From contig CAZJTG010000005.1 in assembly GCA_964548865.1 (NCBI GenBank), positions 1-36,566 on the forward strand: a DNA stretch of 36,566 bases. The letters run 5' to 3'. Position numbers and translations under genes: made by a program. The stretch is from an uncultured Solibacteraceae bacterium. GTDB lineage: Bacteria; Acidobacteriota; Vicinamibacteria; Vicinamibacterales; SCN-69-37. This document shows, piece after piece, positions 32,916 through 36,566 of the stretch (its first letter is position 1; each line of letters opens with the position of its first letter). The notes below the pieces were generated by a model. That model was not told the DNA's origin, made no database searches, and saw only the letters and a list, made by a program, of their open reading frames with translations.

Positions 32916-35426
32916 CTACCGTCTGCCAGTCGTATTCGCGGCGGCCGTCTTGTCTGTCTTATCGGTGTCGTTCACGGGTTCCGCAAGTTTCATGCGGAAC
33001 GGATCGCTCTTCACGACGCCGAGGATCAGGGTCGAAATCTTGTAACCGCCGGGCTCGGCCGCCTTCGTGATGGCGCGTACCGTGGGCTGGTCGTAGTACT
33101 CGACGCGGCGGCCGAGGGCGTACGCCATGAGGTTGTCGGTGAACGTGCGCACCAGCGGGATCGGCCGCTTGAGCAGCACGGCCGCGAGTTCCGCCGGGTT
33201 CGTCACGGGCGTGCCGTCGTAGAAGTCGCCACGCGTGTCGAGCGGCATCCCGTTCTCGCGCGCGCGCAGCTTACCGGTGACATCGAAACCGTCGAGCGCG
33301 AGGCCGATGGGATCGATGAAGCGATGGCACGAGTTGCACGTCGAGTTTGATCGGTGCAGCTCCATGCGCTCGCGCGTCGTGAGCGGCCGGCCAAGCTTGC
33401 CCTCCGCCGTTTCCTCCAGCGCGGGAACCGAGCCGTCCATGGGCGGCGGCGGCGGCGGCGTGCCCAGCAGCACTTCCATCACCCACTTGCCTCGGAGCAC
33501 CGCCGACGTCCGGTTGGCGTAGGACGTCTGCACGAGCACGCTGCCCTGGCCGAGGAGGCCCCGCCGGCGATCGTCGGGGTACGTCACGCGGCGGAAGTGC
33601 GTCCCCGCCACGCCCGGAATGCCGTAGTGCCGCGCGAGTCGCTCGTTGAGATAGGTGTAGTCGGCCCGGAGCAGATCGAGCACGCTCCGGTCCTCGCGCA
33701 CGAGCGAATTGAAGAACAGCTCGGTCTCGCGCTTCATGAGATCGCCCAACTGCCCTTCGAAATTCGGATAGAAGTTTGGATCCGGATGCACCTTGTCGAC
33801 GTCCTGCAGGCGCAGCCACTGGGCGGCGAACCGGTTGCCCAGCGCTTCCGAGCGCGGATCGGCGAGCATGCGGCGCGCCTGACGATCGATGCCCGCCGTG
33901 GTGGCAAGCTCGCCCTTCGCTGCGGCGGCGATCAGCTCGCGGTCCGGCGGCATGCCCCACAGAAAGAACGAGAGGCGCGACGCCATCTCGTAGTCGCCGA
34001 CGCGGTACGCCGTGCCCGGCCGAGCGGTCTCCGGCTGCCGTTCGAGCCGGAAGATGAAGTGCGGGCTCGCCAGGATGGCCTCGAGCGCCTGGCGGATGCC
34101 TTCCTCGAATCCGCCGGATTTGGTCGCCGCGCCCCGATCGTAGAACTTCAGCAGGCCGTCCACTTCCCCGGACGACACCGGGCGTCGATACGCCGCGGAC
34201 GCCAGGTTGTTGATGATGGTGCGGGCGCAGCCGCGCTCCTCGGTCGCGGCCGTCGGGCGGCACGTGAAGATTTTCTGCCGGCTCGCGGTGTTGGACAGCC
34301 CCGTCCGCTTGAACGGTCCATGCACGATGACATCGCGCAGGTGAGGCAGCGTCGTGATGCCCGCGCCGCCGGAGCCGGCGCCGGCGAACGACCAGTCGTG
34401 CGGCCGGATGAGATCCTCGTACGGACCCTCGAAACGGCGCACGAACGCGGCGGACAGCGTGTACTGTCCGGCCCGCACGAACACCGGCTCGGACTTCATC
34501 GGCACCGCGCCGCGCCCGTCGGCCGCGCCCGCTTGTCCCTGCTCGTACTTGACGAGCGACACGCGGTGGCCGTCGAGCGAAATGTCCACGTCCTCCATGC
34601 GGGTGTTGTTGCCGCCGAGGAACGTGACGGTGAACGAATATTCGCCGTCCACCGGGAAGATGTGCTTCACGACCATGCCGCCGCGCGAGCCGATGGGCGC
34701 GCCCTCGACGCGATCCCACGGATGCTGCGAGACGTAGCTCGTGTTGGTGTACGTGCGATTGACGGCCGGCGCCTGGCGATCGCCCACCGCGAGGCGGCTG
34801 ATTTCCGCCGCTGCGTTGAGGTACGACTCGAGCAGCGTTGCCGAGATAGTCTGCTCGTCGGCGATGTTGTCGAAGTTCGCGCTCTTCTGATCGAGCGGCA
34901 GCCACTGGCCCGCGTCCACATCGAGATCGAGCAGTGCCTGGATTGAGTTGCGATACTCGGTGCGGTTGAGACGCGGGAAGACCCGGCTGCCCGGATTGGG
35001 CCGGGCCAGCGCCGCGGCGTCCGCCTTCGCTTCGAGCGCCGAAATGAAGCGCAGGTAGGCGGCTGACTCCGGCTTGTCATTGCCCGGCGGCGGCATCATG
35101 CCGGCCTGAAGCTTGCGGACCATCTTCTCCGCAAGCTCGCCGTTCTGGCCGACCTTGGCGATGTCGAACCGTTCGAAGGAAATGCTGCCACTCTTCGTCT
35201 GGTCGTTGTGGCAGTCGGTGCAGTAGGTCTCGACGAGGTCGTTGAGGTCTACGTCGCCCGACGCGGGCGGAAGCGCCGTTCGCTGCGCCTGGATCCCGGA
35301 ATCACCGCCTGGCGCGGCGACTCCGCCATCGCCCTCCACGGTGCCTCCCGCGCGCAGGGAAATTGCCCCGCAGAGTGCGAGGGCAGCGACACAGATAGAC
35401 GTGGTCCCGGCGAGTCGTCGTGCCAC
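32916..35426 (-). CDS. DUF1592/DUF1588/DUF1587/DUF1585/DUF1595-type multidomain protein with two CxxCH motifs
   Basis: N-terminal YCTDCHND and C-terminal CNSCHRFIDPIGLAL haem-c-like motifs. Blocks EYRNSI, FLWG.PPD, RHYGI and QTSYANRTSAVLRGKWV are typical of this family. The start is uncertain: GTG 35426 (VARRLAGTTSICVAALALCGA signal peptide), TTG 35432 or GTG 35474. Confidence 0.8.
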   Translation of the reverse strand: MARRLAGTTSICVAALALCGAISLRAGGTVEGDGGVAAPGGDSGIQAQRTALPPASGDVDLNDLVETYCTDCHNDQTKSGSISFERFDIAKVGQNGELAEKMVRKLQAGMMPPPGNDKPESAAYLRFISALEAKADAAALARPNPGSRVFPRLNRTEYRNSIQALLDLDVDAGQWLPLDQKSANFDNIADEQTISATLLESYLNAAAEISRLAVGDRQAPAVNRTYTNTSYVSQHPWDRVEGAPIGSRGGMVVKHIFPVDGEYSFTVTFLGGNNTRMEDVDISLDGHRVSLVKYEQGQAGAADGRGAVPMKSEPVFVRAGQYTLSAAFVRRFEGPYEDLIRPHDWSFAGAGSGGAGITTLPHLRDVIVHGPFKRTGLSNTASRQKIFTCRPTAATEERGCARTIINNLASAAYRRPVSSGEVDGLLKFYDRGAATKSGGFEEGIRQALEAILASPHFIFRLERQPETARPGTAYRVGDYEMASRLSFFLWGMPPDRELIAAAAKGELATTAGIDRQARRMLADPRSEALGNRFAAQWLRLQDVDKVHPDPNFYPNFEGQLGDLMKRETELFFNSLVREDRSVLDLLRADYTYLNERLARHYGIPGVAGTHFRRVTYPDDRRRGLLGQGSVLVQTSYANRTSAVLRGKWVMEVLLGTPPPPPPMDGSVPALEETAEGKLGRPLTTRERMELHRSNSTCNSCHRFIDPIGLALDGFDVTGKLRARENGMPLDTRGDFYDGTPVTNPAELAAVLLKRPIPLVRTFTDNLMAYALGRRVEYYDQPTVRAITKAAEPGGYKISTLILGVVKSDPFRMKLAEPVNDTDKTDKTAAANTTGRR

Positions 35427-35560
35427 TTCCAAACACCCCGTAAATAAAGATTTAGAACACCGGAAATATAACACCGCTATCGGCCTGGTGACGCCCTGTC
35501 TACGGTGCCGGGAGGGGGACCGTTTCAGGGCCGGCCGGCGTACGATCCAGCCTGATATTC

Positions 35561-36566
35561 ATGGCAAAACTGGCCTTAGCGGCCGCCCTCCTGCTGGCCC
35601 CTTTCTGGGCCCAATCCGGCCCGGCGCCCGCCGCCAGGGGCGTGGATCTCGTCCGGATGTGGCTCGACCTCGCCCGGCAGCACGCCCCGGGGGAGGTTGA
35701 CGATTCCGTAAGACGCCTTCGCCTGCTCACCTTCGCCGAACTCGCGGAGGCTCAGTCCGGCCTCGAGGCCATGATCGAGTTTCTGAAGCACCCGGGACTC
35801 ACCAGGCTTGGGCAGTCGCGGCGGCCCTACACCGACCAGGAGCAGGCGCTCCTCAAGGACATCGCCGTGGCCGAAGCGGCCCGCGGTACGGCCAACGTGC
35901 TGATGCGGCAGATCGCGCTGCTGCACGCGGACGCGATGACGCTCCGCGGCGCCGTCACGTTCGTCGCCGACACCACCGCACGGGGCTCGGCGTCCGACCT
36001 CCCGGTTGTTTCACTGGTGAGCGACGGCGTCGCCATGGGCGGCGCTCTGATGCCGCCGCTCTGGCCGATCGCCCGCGCGGCAATCGACGGAATTCAGCCC
36101 CGCGCGTCGACCGACGCGTGGGCGCGTCAGTGGTATCAGGCCACGACGTCCTACCTGTTCTACAGCTTCCAGCTCGCGGCGTTGCCCGCGCATCTCGAGG
36201 CGCGCCGCGCGTCGATGCCCGACGACGTGCGCGCCGTGTTCGACACGGGCTGCCTCTACGAAGCGTTCGCCGGATCGCGCGTGCAGGCGACGGTTCGATC
36301 GGAGAGAGCGCGCGGCATCTCGCTCGCCGTGCCCGGCGTGGAGGAGGCCCTCGCGCGCGCGCGGCGCGAGTTCGACGAAGCTCTCGCGCGCGATCCGCTG
36401 CACGTGGAGGCGCGCCTGCGGCGTGCGCGCGTCCTGGCGCAATCCGGCGACGCGCGTCGCGCCGCCGCCGAACTTGCGGGCATCGCGGGCACGAAAGGCG
36501 CCGACCGCGAGCTCAGGTATCTCGCCTCGATGTTCCTCGGTGACGTGCACTGGTCGCTTGGCGATG
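35561..36566 (+). CDS. Hypothetical exported protein, 5'-complete and 3'-truncated by the window edge (not in the supplied ORF track)
   Basis: I translated it by hand from the ATG at 35561: MAKLALAAALLLAPFWAQSGPAPAARG... There is no in-frame stop for 335 codons up to the window end. GC3 is high, a signal peptide is present, and the distal part is TPR-like (DPLHVEARLRRARVLAQSGDARRAAAELAGI). The listed ORFs here (35576..35926 -, 36011..36550 -, 36118..36543 +) are Arg/Ala-rich shadow frames. Confidence 0.6.
   Translation, partial: MAKLALAAALLLAPFWAQSGPAPAARGVDLVRMWLDLARQHAPGEVDDSVRRLRLLTFAELAEAQSGLEAMIEFLKHPGLTRLGQSRRPYTDQEQALLKDIAVAEAARGTANVLMRQIALLHADAMTLRGAVTFVADTTARGSASDLPVVSLVSDGVAMGGALMPPLWPIARAAIDGIQPRASTDAWARQWYQATTSYLFYSFQLAALPAHLEARRASMPDDVRAVFDTGCLYEAFAGSRVQATVRSERARGISLAVPGVEEALARARREFDEALARDPLHVEARLRRARVLAQSGDARRAAAELAGIAGTKGADRELRYLASMFLGDVHWSLGD

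Noticed and set aside
29786-34946. Three long plus-strand ORFs (29786..31465, 31119..33350, 33354..34946) opposite the ankyrin, DUF1552 and DUF1592 genes
   Set aside because: All are Arg/Ala/Gly/Asp-rich with no domains. The minus-strand frames give ANK repeats, the canonical DUF1552 N-terminus and CxxCH-containing DUF1592-type blocks.

Overview
High-GC (~67-70%) bacterial chromosomal segment. It is most consistent with Acidobacteriota, based on a PadR + ADOP duplicated-FtsX permease pair, a TIGR03436-type VWA protein and a DUF1592/DUF1552 pair. All assignments come from reading motifs in the supplied translations; no database search was possible. I call 26 CDSs. One of them (35561..>36566) is an open-ended ORF missing from the supplied track. 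I found no rRNA, tRNA, CRISPR array, transposase or integrase. Gene content from left to right: TonB-dependent receptor, esterase, divergent arsM/arsR with an inverted-repeat operator, fused MFS/spermidine-synthase-like protein, Tat-exported class-V aminotransferase, OsmC, Tat-exported amidase, and a VWA protein. Next come a three-subunit molybdenum hydroxylase whose FAD subunit carries a 4-Cys insertion (4-hydroxybenzoyl-CoA-reductase-like), DUF885, a SnoaL-like protein, PadR + ADOP, a cytochrome c'-like fusion, and a secreted tandem-duplicated creatininase-fold protein. The right end holds a fimT/pilV/pilW/pilX-like minor-pilin operon, a DUF1592-DUF1552-ankyrin operon, and a partial exported protein. 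Five signals are not explained by ordinary gene calls. (1) Recurrent GGRGG(R/Q)AGG low-complexity modules are inserted in four unrelated exported proteins. (2) Degenerate heptanucleotide tandem tracts (TGCCGNG)n lie inside the leader-coding regions of two pseudopilin genes. (3) A ~105-nt nested-palindrome repeat family built from CACACGGAGAYCAC units flanks the VWA gene. (4) A strong sigma54-type -24/-12 match plus a 16-bp perfect palindrome lies upstream of the pilin operon. (5) The DUF1592/DUF1552/ankyrin unit is uncharacterised.
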